Shown piece after piece: positions 1 to 7,764 of a DNA stretch of 32,000 nucleotides (its first letter is position 1; each line of letters starts with the position of its first letter). Both the position numbers and the translations under genes were made by a program. Origin of the DNA: Candidatus Saccharimonadota bacterium. Lineage in GTDB: Bacteria; Patescibacteriota; Patescibacteriia; 2-12-FULL-60-25. The notes beneath the pieces are model-generated. The model saw nothing but the letters and a program-made list of their open reading frames with translations, was not told the DNA's origin and did no database searches. The stretch is taken from NCBI GenBank assembly GCA_022843095.1, contig JALHOH010000001.1:150001-182000 (forward strand). The letters are read 5' to 3'.

Positions 1-229
1 TCCAACGCTGATCCATACGGAGTTGCAACCGAGATCCGCGAGAATCATGCCTCTCCCCAATTGGACCAAAAGCGAACACCCTCCATCCCGACGGACAATA
101 CGAGAGGTCCGCCCGACTAACATCGATGCAGAGGTGGCCTTCCGGACACGAAGGAAGTGGTTCGCTCCCCCGGCACCCAGCCACCACCATCACCAATACA
201 GCCAGAAGCAGAGTGAACAAGCTCTTCAT
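1..229 (-). CDS. putative lipoprotein, N-terminal part only (gene runs off the left edge)
   Basis: Absent from the ORF track because no stop lies in the window. Reverse-strand ATG at 229 follows GAAGGAG plus a 7-nt spacer. My translation MKSLFTLLLAVLVMVVAGCRGSEPLPSCPEGHLCIDV... is stop-free down to position 2. It has a signal peptide and lipobox (VVAG|C). Confidence 0.55.
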   Translation of the reverse strand, partial: MKSLFTLLLAVLVMVVAGCRGSEPLPSCPEGHLCIDVSRADLSYCPSGWRVFAFGPIGERHDSRGSRLQLRMDQRW

Positions 230-571
230 TTTTCAGCTCCTTCTAGAACCCGTTCCTTACGGATTCCCCAAATTTGTTCGAGCGCCGGGCTCAAACCCAT
301 TGCGGGAATCCGTAGTCTGTTTATTTTGTCAACAGGTTAACAAAAACGCGATAACGATCCTTGTGAGAACCCCAGGAGGAGAGCCACAAGAATCAATATC
401 GCGTTTCTTTACACGGTTTTGCAAGCGCGCTCTCCACTTCGCCCTTGCAAATCAAGTTATATTGGAAGTTTCAACAATGGAACAATAACACGTTTTCATG
501 ATTTTGTCAAGGACACATAAACAAAAAAGGAACTTCCAGAAACACCCGTTCCTCCTTGACCCGACATAGGG

Positions 572-577
572 TATACT
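572..577 (+). promoter_or_regulatory. -10 box TATACT placed 8 nt before the ATG at 586 (2-nt leader)
   Basis: TATACT-tcatct-AT-ATG. The same geometry recurs at 15105-15113, 11003-11008 and 18920-18925. No Shine-Dalgarno is present. Confidence 0.4.
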
Positions 578-585
578 TCATCTAT

Positions 586-1578
586 ATGCCCCGCCGGTTA
601 CGCGTCGCCACCCTTGGTTCTGCCATCCAAGACGTGTTTCATGTAAGCAATGCGTTTGAAACCCGGAAGGATCCCGATGCGCCAGACGGCATGGATGCCT
701 GCATGCCGCTTGGTGCCAAAATCGCGTTGGATGATCTGGTGCTTGCAACCGGAGGGGGTGCGACCAACGCTGCCGTCACTTTTGCCCGGTTTGGATATGA
801 GGCGATCTGCATCGCGCGGGTGGGTGCTGACCTTTTTGGAGATGGCATCGTGGATACCTTGCAAAAGGAAGGGATCACAACCACCTTCGTTCAACGCGAT
901 CCCAAACAAAAAACCGGGTATTCTTCGATCATCGTTGCGGGCGGAGGTCATCGCGCCATCCTGACTCTGCGCGGAGCATCCGCGCATCTCGACAAAAAAG
1001 CCCTCGCTAAAACACCAAAAGTCGATGGCTGGTACATCACCTCCTTGGGAGGCGATCTCGCAACTCTACGCGTTGCCTGCGCGCGAGCCGCAACACAGCG
1101 TGCACGTATCGCCTGGAATCCTGGAAACGCCGAGCTTGCGCTTGGATTAACCGCGCTTCGTCCCATACTCAAAAAAGTCGACTACCTGATCCTCAACCGC
1201 GAGGAAGCTGCGGTCCTGACCCACCAACCCCCGCGTGCGCTGGGCAAAATCTTGGATGTCCTTGCCGCTATCGTCCCAGGAACAATCGCGGTGACAGATG
1301 GCCGCCATGGCGCGTATCTCGCCGCATCAGGAGAACTCCTCTTCGCCCCGCCCCTCCCCGCAAAACGAAAGAACACGACAGGCGCAGGAGACGCCTTTGG
1401 GAGTGCCTCTGCCGCGATCTTGTTTGCCGGTGGATCCCCGGCACTCGCACTCGCGGTCGGGATGTTAAACGCAACCGGCGTCATCCAACAGATGGGCGCA
1501 AAAGCCGGAATTCTGAAAGAACTCCCCACAGCCACAGCCATCAAACGCGTGAAAATGTTTTCGTCCAAAGAATCGTGA
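586..1578 (+). CDS. PfkB-family carbohydrate/ribokinase-like kinase
   Basis: ORF 556..1578, with the start moved to the in-frame ATG at 586 (MPRRLRVATLG). N-terminal GGGATNAAV and C-terminal NTTGAGDAFGSA motifs are typical of the PfkB/ribokinase family. Confidence 0.85.
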   Translation: MPRRLRVATLGSAIQDVFHVSNAFETRKDPDAPDGMDACMPLGAKIALDDLVLATGGGATNAAVTFARFGYEAICIARVGADLFGDGIVDTLQKEGITTTFVQRDPKQKTGYSSIIVAGGGHRAILTLRGASAHLDKKALAKTPKVDGWYITSLGGDLATLRVACARAATQRARIAWNPGNAELALGLTALRPILKKVDYLILNREEAAVLTHQPPRALGKILDVLAAIVPGTIAVTDGRHGAYLAASGELLFAPPLPAKRKNTTGAGDAFGSASAAILFAGGSPALALAVGMLNATGVIQQMGAKAGILKELPTATAIKRVKMFSSKES

Positions 1579-1606
1579 GTCCGACACAATCTCCGCGCGT
1601 GAATTG

Positions 1607-1615
1607 TGGTATCCT
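1607..1615 (+). promoter_or_regulatory. extended -10 promoter TGGTATCCT for a leaderless transporter mRNA
   Basis: TGgTATCCT is followed by exactly 6 nt (agacac) and ATG 1622. The MWYPRH N-terminus in the ORF track is a read-through of this promoter. Confidence 0.5.
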
Positions 1616-1621
1616 AGACAC

Positions 1622-2581
1622 ATGCCCCTTGGCGCGCGTCTCAAAAAGATCCTCTTTGAAAACCAGATCCTGGTCGTCTTGTTTGCGCTCATCGCCGGAA
1701 TGCTGTTCCCCGAACCGCTTAAACCGCTGAACACCTATTCAACCCAGTTGCTGATCTTGGTGTTTTTCTTTTCCAGTTTACGATTGTCCCTGCATGAGCT
1801 CCTGACCTACGCCCGCGATTGGAAGATGCTCACCATGGCCACGGCGTTCATGCTGCTTGTCCTGCCATTCGCCCTGTACTATCCCTTTTTGGTGTTTTCG
1901 CCGGATTGGGCGCTGGCACTTCTTATCCTTGGCGCCATGCCAACCGGGATGACCATCGCGCTTGTCGCCGAGTTTTTTGGTGGAAAAACATCGCTTGCCC
2001 TGCTCATCACCACAAGCACCTCACTTCTCGCGCCGTTTACGATCCCGCTTGTCTTCAAAATCGCCGTCGGTCAGGCCGTTCCGATCCCAATTCTGCAGAT
2101 GACCTGGTCACTCATGCTAACCATTATCGCCCCGTTTGTCTTTGCGATGTTGGTCAAACGCGCCATGCCGAAGGTCATCGCAAAATACGACGGCTGGTGG
2201 CGCAATCTTTCGGTCGCCTGCTTCGGTATCCTCATTGCGGGGATTGTGGCTGGGACCTCCGGCGATACGCTTATCGCCGTCTCGGCAAAAGACGTGCTAT
2301 TGATCGGTCTTGCGATGCTCTGGCTTGGACTGCTCACGGTCGCTTCGTACGAGATGTTGCCGTGGCGCAAACCCGGAGAACGCATCACGGTCGCACTCTG
2401 CATGATTTATCTGAACAACACACTCGCGCTCTTCGTGGGGGACAAATTTTTCAAAGAAGCCAACGTCGTGCCAAAACTTCTTCTCCTCCTGCTCGTCGTC
2501 AACGTCCTTCTTCCGCCCATCAAACTCGCCGCTTCCAAGCTGACGCACCCCGCCACTCCAAACGCCAATCCCCTTACCTGA
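1622..2581 (+). CDS. bile acid:Na+ symporter (BASS/SBF-like) family membrane transporter
   Basis: ORF 1604..2581, start moved to ATG 1622. The protein is polytopic and hydrophobic. The segment GAMPTGMTIALVAEFFGGKTSLALLITTSTSLLAPFTIPLV resembles the BASS core motif (PGGtaSNv...STLLAPlltP). Confidence 0.65.
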   Translation: MPLGARLKKILFENQILVVLFALIAGMLFPEPLKPLNTYSTQLLILVFFFSSLRLSLHELLTYARDWKMLTMATAFMLLVLPFALYYPFLVFSPDWALALLILGAMPTGMTIALVAEFFGGKTSLALLITTSTSLLAPFTIPLVFKIAVGQAVPIPILQMTWSLMLTIIAPFVFAMLVKRAMPKVIAKYDGWWRNLSVACFGILIAGIVAGTSGDTLIAVSAKDVLLIGLAMLWLGLLTVASYEMLPWRKPGERITVALCMIYLNNTLALFVGDKFFKEANVVPKLLLLLLVVNVLLPPIKLAASKLTHPATPNANPLT

Positions 2582-2582
2582 T

Positions 2583-3566
2583 ATGCCCTCCATTTTTGTC
2601 ACGCGTGCCATTCCCGGCTCCGGCATCAAGCGCTTAAAAAACGCCGGCTATCGCGTCACGGTCTACAGCAAAGATCAAATCATCACGCGAAAAGAACTCC
2701 TCGCGGGTGTGAAAGGCAAACACGGGATTCTGTGCCTGCTCACGGATCGCATAGACGCCGAAGTGATGGAGGCAGCCGGTCCGACCCTCAAGATCATCGC
2801 AAACTACGCGGTTGGATTTGATAATGTCGATCTGGTGGAAGCGAAGAAACGCAACATCATCGTCACCAATACCCCCTCCGATGCAGTGAATGATGCCGTC
2901 GCCGAACACACGTTCGCCCTCGTCCTGGCACTTGCCCATCGCATTCCAGAAGGCGACGTCTACGCAAAAGCCAAGAAATATCAGGGATGGAACCCAAATT
3001 TGTTGATCGGGACGATCCTGAAAGAAAAAACGATCGGGATCATTGGAGCCGGGCGCATTGGCGCGAGTGTCGCGGAACGCGCGGCACTGGGATTTGGGAT
3101 GCGCGTCCTCTACAGCGATCGTGCTCGCAACCGAGATCTTGAGAATCTGACCGGTGCGACGCTTGTTCCGTTGGATCGACTATTGTCTGCATCCGACGTC
3201 GTTTCGCTGCATGTCCCCCTCCTTCCTGCGACGCATCACCTCATCAGTACCGAGCAATTTGCCCTGATGAAGAAAACGGCGTTTTTAGTAAACACCGCGC
3301 GCGGCCCGGTCGTTGATGAAAAAGCGTTGCTGCGCGCCCTCAAAACGCGCCGCATCGCCGGAGCCGCGTTGGATGTATTTGAATGCGAACCCGCGATCGA
3401 TTGCGACCTCACCGATCGCCTGGAACTCAAGGCATTTTCGAACGTCATCCTGTCTCCGCATATCGCAAGCGCGACCATCGAAGCCCGCGAAGCCATGTCC
3501 AAGCTCGCCGCCGATAATATCCACCTCGTCCTTTCAGGAAAACCCCCACTCACACCAGCAAAATAA
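2583..3566 (+). CDS. D-isomer-specific 2-hydroxyacid dehydrogenase (glyoxylate/hydroxypyruvate reductase-like)
   Basis: NAD-binding GIIGAGRIGASVAERA, NTARGPVVDEKAL, AALDVFECEP and catalytic-His region SPHIASAT. The ATG lies 1 nt after the upstream stop, suggesting translational coupling. Confidence 0.9.
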   Translation: MPSIFVTRAIPGSGIKRLKNAGYRVTVYSKDQIITRKELLAGVKGKHGILCLLTDRIDAEVMEAAGPTLKIIANYAVGFDNVDLVEAKKRNIIVTNTPSDAVNDAVAEHTFALVLALAHRIPEGDVYAKAKKYQGWNPNLLIGTILKEKTIGIIGAGRIGASVAERAALGFGMRVLYSDRARNRDLENLTGATLVPLDRLLSASDVVSLHVPLLPATHHLISTEQFALMKKTAFLVNTARGPVVDEKALLRALKTRRIAGAALDVFECEPAIDCDLTDRLELKAFSNVILSPHIASATIEAREAMSKLAADNIHLVLSGKPPLTPAK

Positions 3567-3598
3567 AACACCCCGCCCAGGACAGGCGGGGGTTTTTT
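3565..3598. terminator. bidirectional rho-independent terminator shared by the convergent dehydrogenase and SulP genes
   Basis: CCCCGCC (3571-3577) pairs with GGCGGGG (3585-3591) around a 7-nt loop. An A-run lies 5' and T6 lies 3' (3593-3598). It overlaps the SulP stop codon. Confidence 0.8.
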
Positions 3599-5255
3599 AG
3601 ACAGGTGCGGAGAGCGGTGCGGCTGGAGGAAGACTCCGCATCCGCGCCGCCTCAGGATGATCTGACACGCGATCCAGTCGTTCCATGGCCTCGAGTCCAT
3701 AGACCCGCATCCCTTGGAACTCCTCCTGGGTTTGAAAATCCATGAGGACCGTGACGGACGTGTGATCCATGAACGTCACCTGATCGAGATGAAAGCGGAT
3801 GGTGCGTACCGATGCCGGACGCGACGCGAGTGCCGTTCGAAGCGGCACGGTGTTGAAGCACACGACGGGGCCCGCCAGGGTCACCACCATTTCCGTCTTC
3901 GTCATCTCGATCCCAACGATCGGGCTCCGCAGCGTCGCCGCCACGCGTTGATCGAGTCGGAGATCCAGCGGACGCGTCTTGGATGCGCGGTCCAGGAGTG
4001 CAACCGTCGCCACAAGTTTTGCAGCGAGACCGAACAGGATGCCCCACAGAAGTCCCTGCGTGATGGTGGCGAACACCGTCACGGCAAAGACGACAAGCTG
4101 CTCACGACCGATGGCACGCGCATGACGCCACACCGCCGGCCGACAGAGTTTCCAGCCGATAAAGAGCACGACGGCGGCAAGCACCGTTTGAGGCACATGC
4201 CGCAGCACCGAACCACCCACTGCAAGCGAAAGCAGCAAGAACACGGCGTTCCACAGATTCGACCACTGCGTGCGTCCGCCCGCCTGGACATTCGCGGTAC
4301 TTTTGACCCCGCCCGGAATGATGGCGATACCGCCAACCAATCCGCACAGGATATTCGCGACGCCCACAACCAGAAGCGCACGATTCGGATCGGACTTCCG
4401 ATGAAAATGATCGATCCGATCGATGGCCGCAACGGTCGCGACCGACTCGATTCCACCAATCACCGCAAGAAGCACGGAACCGATCAGAACCTCCTTCAGG
4501 AGCCCTGCTTGCGAAAACGCCTCCTGAACCGCCGGCGGATGCCACGCGAATCCCTGGGTCGGAAGAGACACGCAGTCCCCGGGGGCGATCCCCATGAACC
4601 ATCCCACCGTCGTCCCCAGGACGACTCCGATGACCGGAGGCGGAACGACCTTCGTCCATTTCGCCTTGGTTGCATCCAAGACAAACATAAGGACAAACGT
4701 CAGGCCGCCAAGTACGAACACCGGAACACGAACATCGCGCACGTGTGTGGGCACTTCCCCCATCACCGACCAGAACCCATGCGCATGAAACGCACATCCC
4801 ATGAGCACCGGGATCTCTTTCGCGATCACGAGCAGACCGATTCCAGCCAGCATCCCCTCGACGACGACGTTTGGAAGCAACCCCGCGAATCGGCCGAGCC
4901 GAAGCGCCGCCGCCACGACCTGCAGAACGCCCGACAACAGGACCGCGACGAGCAGAAGCGGAAATCCGCGCACGGGATTCCCTTCGCCGAGCGCAAGCAC
5001 GATGGCGAGCGTCGTCGGCACGAGTCCCGCCGCCGGTCCACTCACCGTGACGAACGGTCCCGTCGTCTTCCCTGCGAGAAAAAAGAACACGAACCCACTC
5101 ACGATGGTGGAGATGAGTCCCGCCACCGGTGGCGCACCCGACGCGGATGCAATCGCGAGTCCGAACGCGATCGACACGAAACTCACGACGAGTCCTGCCG
5201 GCGCGTCATACACCCACTCACGTCTCCCACTCCACCCATTCTCTGGCCTCGCCAT
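3597..5255 (-). CDS. SulP-family inorganic anion transporter with C-terminal STAS domain
   Basis: ORF 3597..5399, start moved to ATG 5255 (MARPENGW...), which follows GAGGAGGTAAAGGAA. Many TM segments are typical of SulP (GAPPVAGLISTIVSGFVFFFLAG). A STAS-like C-terminus is present (VVTLAGPVVCFNTVPL...IRFHLDQVTFMDHTSVTVL). Confidence 0.85.
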   Translation of the reverse strand: MARPENGWSGRREWVYDAPAGLVVSFVSIAFGLAIASASGAPPVAGLISTIVSGFVFFFLAGKTTGPFVTVSGPAAGLVPTTLAIVLALGEGNPVRGFPLLLVAVLLSGVLQVVAAALRLGRFAGLLPNVVVEGMLAGIGLLVIAKEIPVLMGCAFHAHGFWSVMGEVPTHVRDVRVPVFVLGGLTFVLMFVLDATKAKWTKVVPPPVIGVVLGTTVGWFMGIAPGDCVSLPTQGFAWHPPAVQEAFSQAGLLKEVLIGSVLLAVIGGIESVATVAAIDRIDHFHRKSDPNRALLVVGVANILCGLVGGIAIIPGGVKSTANVQAGGRTQWSNLWNAVFLLLSLAVGGSVLRHVPQTVLAAVVLFIGWKLCRPAVWRHARAIGREQLVVFAVTVFATITQGLLWGILFGLAAKLVATVALLDRASKTRPLDLRLDQRVAATLRSPIVGIEMTKTEMVVTLAGPVVCFNTVPLRTALASRPASVRTIRFHLDQVTFMDHTSVTVLMDFQTQEEFQGMRVYGLEAMERLDRVSDHPEAARMRSLPPAAPLSAPV

Positions 5256-5535
5256 TTCCTTTACCTCCTCAGGCGGGACGCATGAAACGCATGCATGCCC
5301 CGGGGCGTCGGTCGGCGCGGACGCAAACACACGACCTCGCGGAACGCGCAAACCGTTCGAAGCAGATCCAATGGCAGGAGGGTCCCCTTCCATCAACAAC
5401 TGCTCCGAACAGGTCCGTCACGCGTACGCGTTGGCCGATCCCCTGGAGTATGCACACGCAAAGGTGTGCGAAAAATGAACGTGAGCCCACACAGTTTCCT
5501 CCTCTTTCAACAATGGGTCAATCCATGGTGTGCAT

Positions 5536-5562
5536 AAAACCCACTCTGGATGAGTGGGTTTG
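5536..5562 (-). terminator. rho-independent terminator after the 169-aa gene
   Basis: On the - strand: CCCACTC-atcca-GAGTGGG followed by TTTTAT, directly after the TAG stop at 5564. Confidence 0.6.
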
Positions 5563-5563
5563 T

Positions 5564-6073
5564 CTAGAAGGTCCTCCATGGAACAAGGCGCTCGATGACG
5601 AGTCGTGCGCCAATACAGTCACCGTCACGATCGCGCCACAGCAGCACAACGCTCGCGTCAACGACGACCACTGTCGCGTACTCGGCGCGAAAGCCCGTAT
5701 GCAGCGTAATCTTCTTTCCGTCCGAGTGCATTTTTTCGACGGCGAGTTCTTTCTTCGGCGTCATCTCTCCTCCGAACGAAAGAAACAGCACCTCCGGCAG
5801 CCCCACCTCTCCACGCGGGACCACCCGTGACGCAGGCAAGCTCCACACCATGGACTCGCCCGCACGATTGATCCCGACAACCGCCGCACCGGAAAGGGAC
5901 TCGCACACACGCCGGAACCAATCCTGGGAGTAGGCATCACGCTCGGGGGGTTGATACGCCTTGGTCTGCAGCGCTTTGACCCCATCAGACGCTTCTTTGA
6001 CGGGAGTATAGGGAATATTCGCGCTCCCGCGGCGTTGTTTCCTTGTGTTATAGAAAGCCGCTCTCTTTGCCAT
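5564..6073 (-). CDS. hypothetical protein (169 aa), no family recognised
   Basis: ATG 6073 follows GGAGGTG plus a 4-nt spacer. The gene has its own terminator. Composition is protein-like (MAKRAAFYNTRKQRRGS... then beta-rich VVGINRAGESMVW, ITLHTGFRAEYATVVVVDASVVLLW). Confidence 0.6.
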   Translation of the reverse strand: MAKRAAFYNTRKQRRGSANIPYTPVKEASDGVKALQTKAYQPPERDAYSQDWFRRVCESLSGAAVVGINRAGESMVWSLPASRVVPRGEVGLPEVLFLSFGGEMTPKKELAVEKMHSDGKKITLHTGFRAEYATVVVVDASVVLLWRDRDGDCIGARLVIERLVPWRTF

Positions 6074-6122
6074 CTGTCACCTCCGCGGAAATTTGAGCAT
6101 ATTCCGCAAAAACCATCAACCC

Positions 6123-6152
6123 TTGTCAGTTGGATGGATTCGTTGCTATTCT
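6123..6152 (+). promoter_or_regulatory. sigma70-type promoter of tRNA-Ala
   Basis: TTGTCA (6123-6128), an 18-nt spacer, then TGcTATTCT (6144-6152). The predicted TSS is about 17 nt upstream of the mature tRNA 5' end. The same TGCTATTCT box occurs upstream of ruvC and gyrA. Confidence 0.55.
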
Positions 6153-6175
6153 GCGGGGGCAAAAAAGAAGAATTC

Positions 6176-6251
6176 GGGCCCTTAGCTTAGTTGGTAGAGC
6201 GCCTCGTTTGCAACGAGGAGGTCATCGGTTCGAATCCGATAGGGTCCACCA
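6176..6251 (+). tRNA. tRNA-Ala (anticodon UGC), CCA encoded
   Basis: Cloverleaf read by hand: acceptor GGGCCCT/AGGGTCC with the G3:U70 alanine identity pair; D arm GCTT-AGTTGGTA-GAGC; anticodon stem CCTCG/CGAGG with loop TT-TGC-AA; variable loop AGGTC; T arm ATCGG-TTCGAAT-CCGAT; discriminator A plus CCA. Confidence 0.95.
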
Positions 6252-6253
6252 CA

Positions 6254-6285
6254 AAAACACCTCTCCAATCCGGAGAGGTGTTTTA
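6254..6285. terminator. bidirectional terminator (tRNA-Ala on +, lipoprotein gene on -)
   Basis: CACCTCTCC (6258-6266) pairs with GGAGAGGTG (6272-6280) around a 5-nt loop. A-run/T-run flanks extend the helix. Confidence 0.8.
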
Positions 6286-6295
6286 TCGTCCAAGG

Positions 6296-6877
6296 CTATT
6301 TCGTCGTCAGCGTTTTTACGACGGCGTCCAGCGTCGCTTCGTAGGTCTCTGGCTCAAAATCCGCGTACGCGCGCTTTTTTGTGAATGTCACTTTTTCAAA
6401 CCCCGTAGCGGACGGGATAAGCCAGACATGGGTGTACGTTTCTGCGCCGGCTGCTCCGGAAACCATGGACGAAAGACAGGTTTCTACCCCTTGCACCGTC
6501 GCTTTTCGGGAAGTAGTTTTCCCTTCGAACTGCCAACACCCATCCGCGAGTTGCGGATCATTCTTGGCGATCATCCCCGCACCCCAGGCAGGCGCGTACT
6601 TTCCCTTCACCGGATACTGAAATCCATAACGACCATCTCGTGCCGTATATGTAACCCAAGAACCATCCGGTGTGATGGAACCAGCTGGAACGGACGCTTC
6701 CGACGCGCCATCGTTCGAGGTCGTCGGCTGTGCGGCGGGCTTTTCCGTGGACTCGGATTTTACGGCCGCTGGCGTCGTGACCTTCGGTGTCGTCGGCGCG
6801 CCATCATCACCCCCCAAGCACCCTGCGCCAACCAGCATCACGACCGGCGCAACCAGTGCCAAAAAAAGGCGTTTCAT
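6296..6877 (-). CDS. putative secreted lipoprotein (193 aa)
   Basis: ORF 6296..7123, start moved to the in-frame ATG 6877 (MKRLFLALVAPVVMLVGAGCLGG). It has a signal peptide and lipobox LVGAG|C, then a low-complexity T/P/A linker. The longer ORF would overlap the pyrF promoter and start. Confidence 0.7.
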   Translation of the reverse strand: MKRLFLALVAPVVMLVGAGCLGGDDGAPTTPKVTTPAAVKSESTEKPAAQPTTSNDGASEASVPAGSITPDGSWVTYTARDGRYGFQYPVKGKYAPAWGAGMIAKNDPQLADGCWQFEGKTTSRKATVQGVETCLSSMVSGAAGAETYTHVWLIPSATGFEKVTFTKKRAYADFEPETYEATLDAVVKTLTTK

Positions 6878-6977
6878 AGTGGAAAAAAGGGTGCCACGCG
6901 CGCAATCCTCCGTCCAGACAATGCCTTGACCATGCCTTGTGTCGCGCGCAGAATAGTTCGGCGAAAGGAAGGTTCGG

Positions 6978-7706
6978 ATGAACAGCACATTCTCTCCCAC
7001 AAAGCCGCAGGAACGCATCATCGTCGCGCTCGATGGACTCCGTGATCTGACTGAGGTGCGCGACACGGTGCGTGCACTGGCACCCCATGTCGGCCCATTC
7101 AAGATCGGTCTCGAACTGTACACGGCCTACGGCCCACAGGCGCTGTCCGTCGTAAAAGAAGAGGGCGGAACCATCATGCTGGATCTCAAACTTCACGACA
7201 TTCCGGAAACGATGAAGCGATCCACGGCACGCGTGGTCGTCCATGGGGTCGGCTTTCTGACCATCCATGCATCCGCGGGAACCGAAGCGATGCGCGCCGT
7301 GGTACACGAAGCCACCGGAAGCCCGACACGAATCCTGGCGGTGACCGTGCTGACCTCCCATGGTGAGTCTGAGACGCGAAGGCTCTATCGACGGCAACCG
7401 ACCGACGCTGTAATCGAATTCGCTCGAGACGCACGGGAATCGGGGTGTCACGGGATCGTCTGCTCGCCGCAAGAACTCTCGGCTCTGCTCCCGCATCCCG
7501 ATCTTCGTCCGCTCCTTCGGGTCGTCCCGGGCGTTCGTCCTGCAGGCGCGGACACGAACGACCAAAAACGTACGGCAACCCCTGCCGCAACCCGTGCAGC
7601 AGGAGCCGATTACCTGGTGATCGGGCGCCCCATTCTCCACGTCCCGGCACCAGATACGCCCGTCGAGGCCGCCAAGCGGATCACCGCTGAACTCGCGAAC
7701 GCCTAG
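6978..7706 (+). CDS. pyrF: orotidine 5'-phosphate decarboxylase
   Basis: IIVALD, PFKIGLELY and MLDLKLHDIPETM motifs, plus the C-terminal YLVIGRPI phosphate-binding loop. RBS AAAGGAAGG lies 5 nt upstream of the ATG. Confidence 0.9.
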   Translation: MNSTFSPTKPQERIIVALDGLRDLTEVRDTVRALAPHVGPFKIGLELYTAYGPQALSVVKEEGGTIMLDLKLHDIPETMKRSTARVVVHGVGFLTIHASAGTEAMRAVVHEATGSPTRILAVTVLTSHGESETRRLYRRQPTDAVIEFARDARESGCHGIVCSPQELSALLPHPDLRPLLRVVPGVRPAGADTNDQKRTATPAATRAAGADYLVIGRPILHVPAPDTPVEAAKRITAELANA

Positions 7707-7713
7707 CATCTCT

Positions 7714-7743
7714 TCCCCCTCTGTCTTTGATGGGGATTTTTTT
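7714..7743 (+). terminator. probable terminator after pyrF
   Basis: TCCCC (7714-7718) pairs with GGGGA (7732-7736), followed by T7 (7737-7743). The stem is short and the loop is 13 nt, so it is only moderately convincing. Confidence 0.5.
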
Positions 7744-7749
7744 ATGCTA

Positions 7750-7758
7750 TGGTATACT
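7750..7758 (+). promoter_or_regulatory. extended -10 promoter TGGTATACT for a leaderless histidine kinase mRNA
   Basis: TGgTATACT, 6 nt (acaggc), then ATG 7765. Confidence 0.5.
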
Positions 7759-7764
7759 ACAGGC

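Noticed and set aside
23-488. + strand ORFs 23-340 and 126-488.
   Set aside because: Their composition is junk-like and they have no RBS. The - strand carries a convincing SD-led lipoprotein start at 229, which explains the region better.
1604-1621. Longer N-termini given by the ORF track (MWYPRH at 1604, MLWYTTG at 7744, MWYHRS at 16805; likewise upstream extensions of the ruvA, ruvC, yebC, gyrA, SulP and lipoprotein ORFs).
   Set aside because: The extra codons coincide with TGGTAnnnT promoter boxes or with upstream terminators or genes. Conserved protein N-termini begin at the downstream ATG.
6886-6900. Sigma54-like TGGCAC element upstream of the lipoprotein gene (- strand).
   Set aside because: The -12 element is TTTCC rather than TTGC(A/T), and its spacing to the ATG is too short. 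It is likely a chance match.
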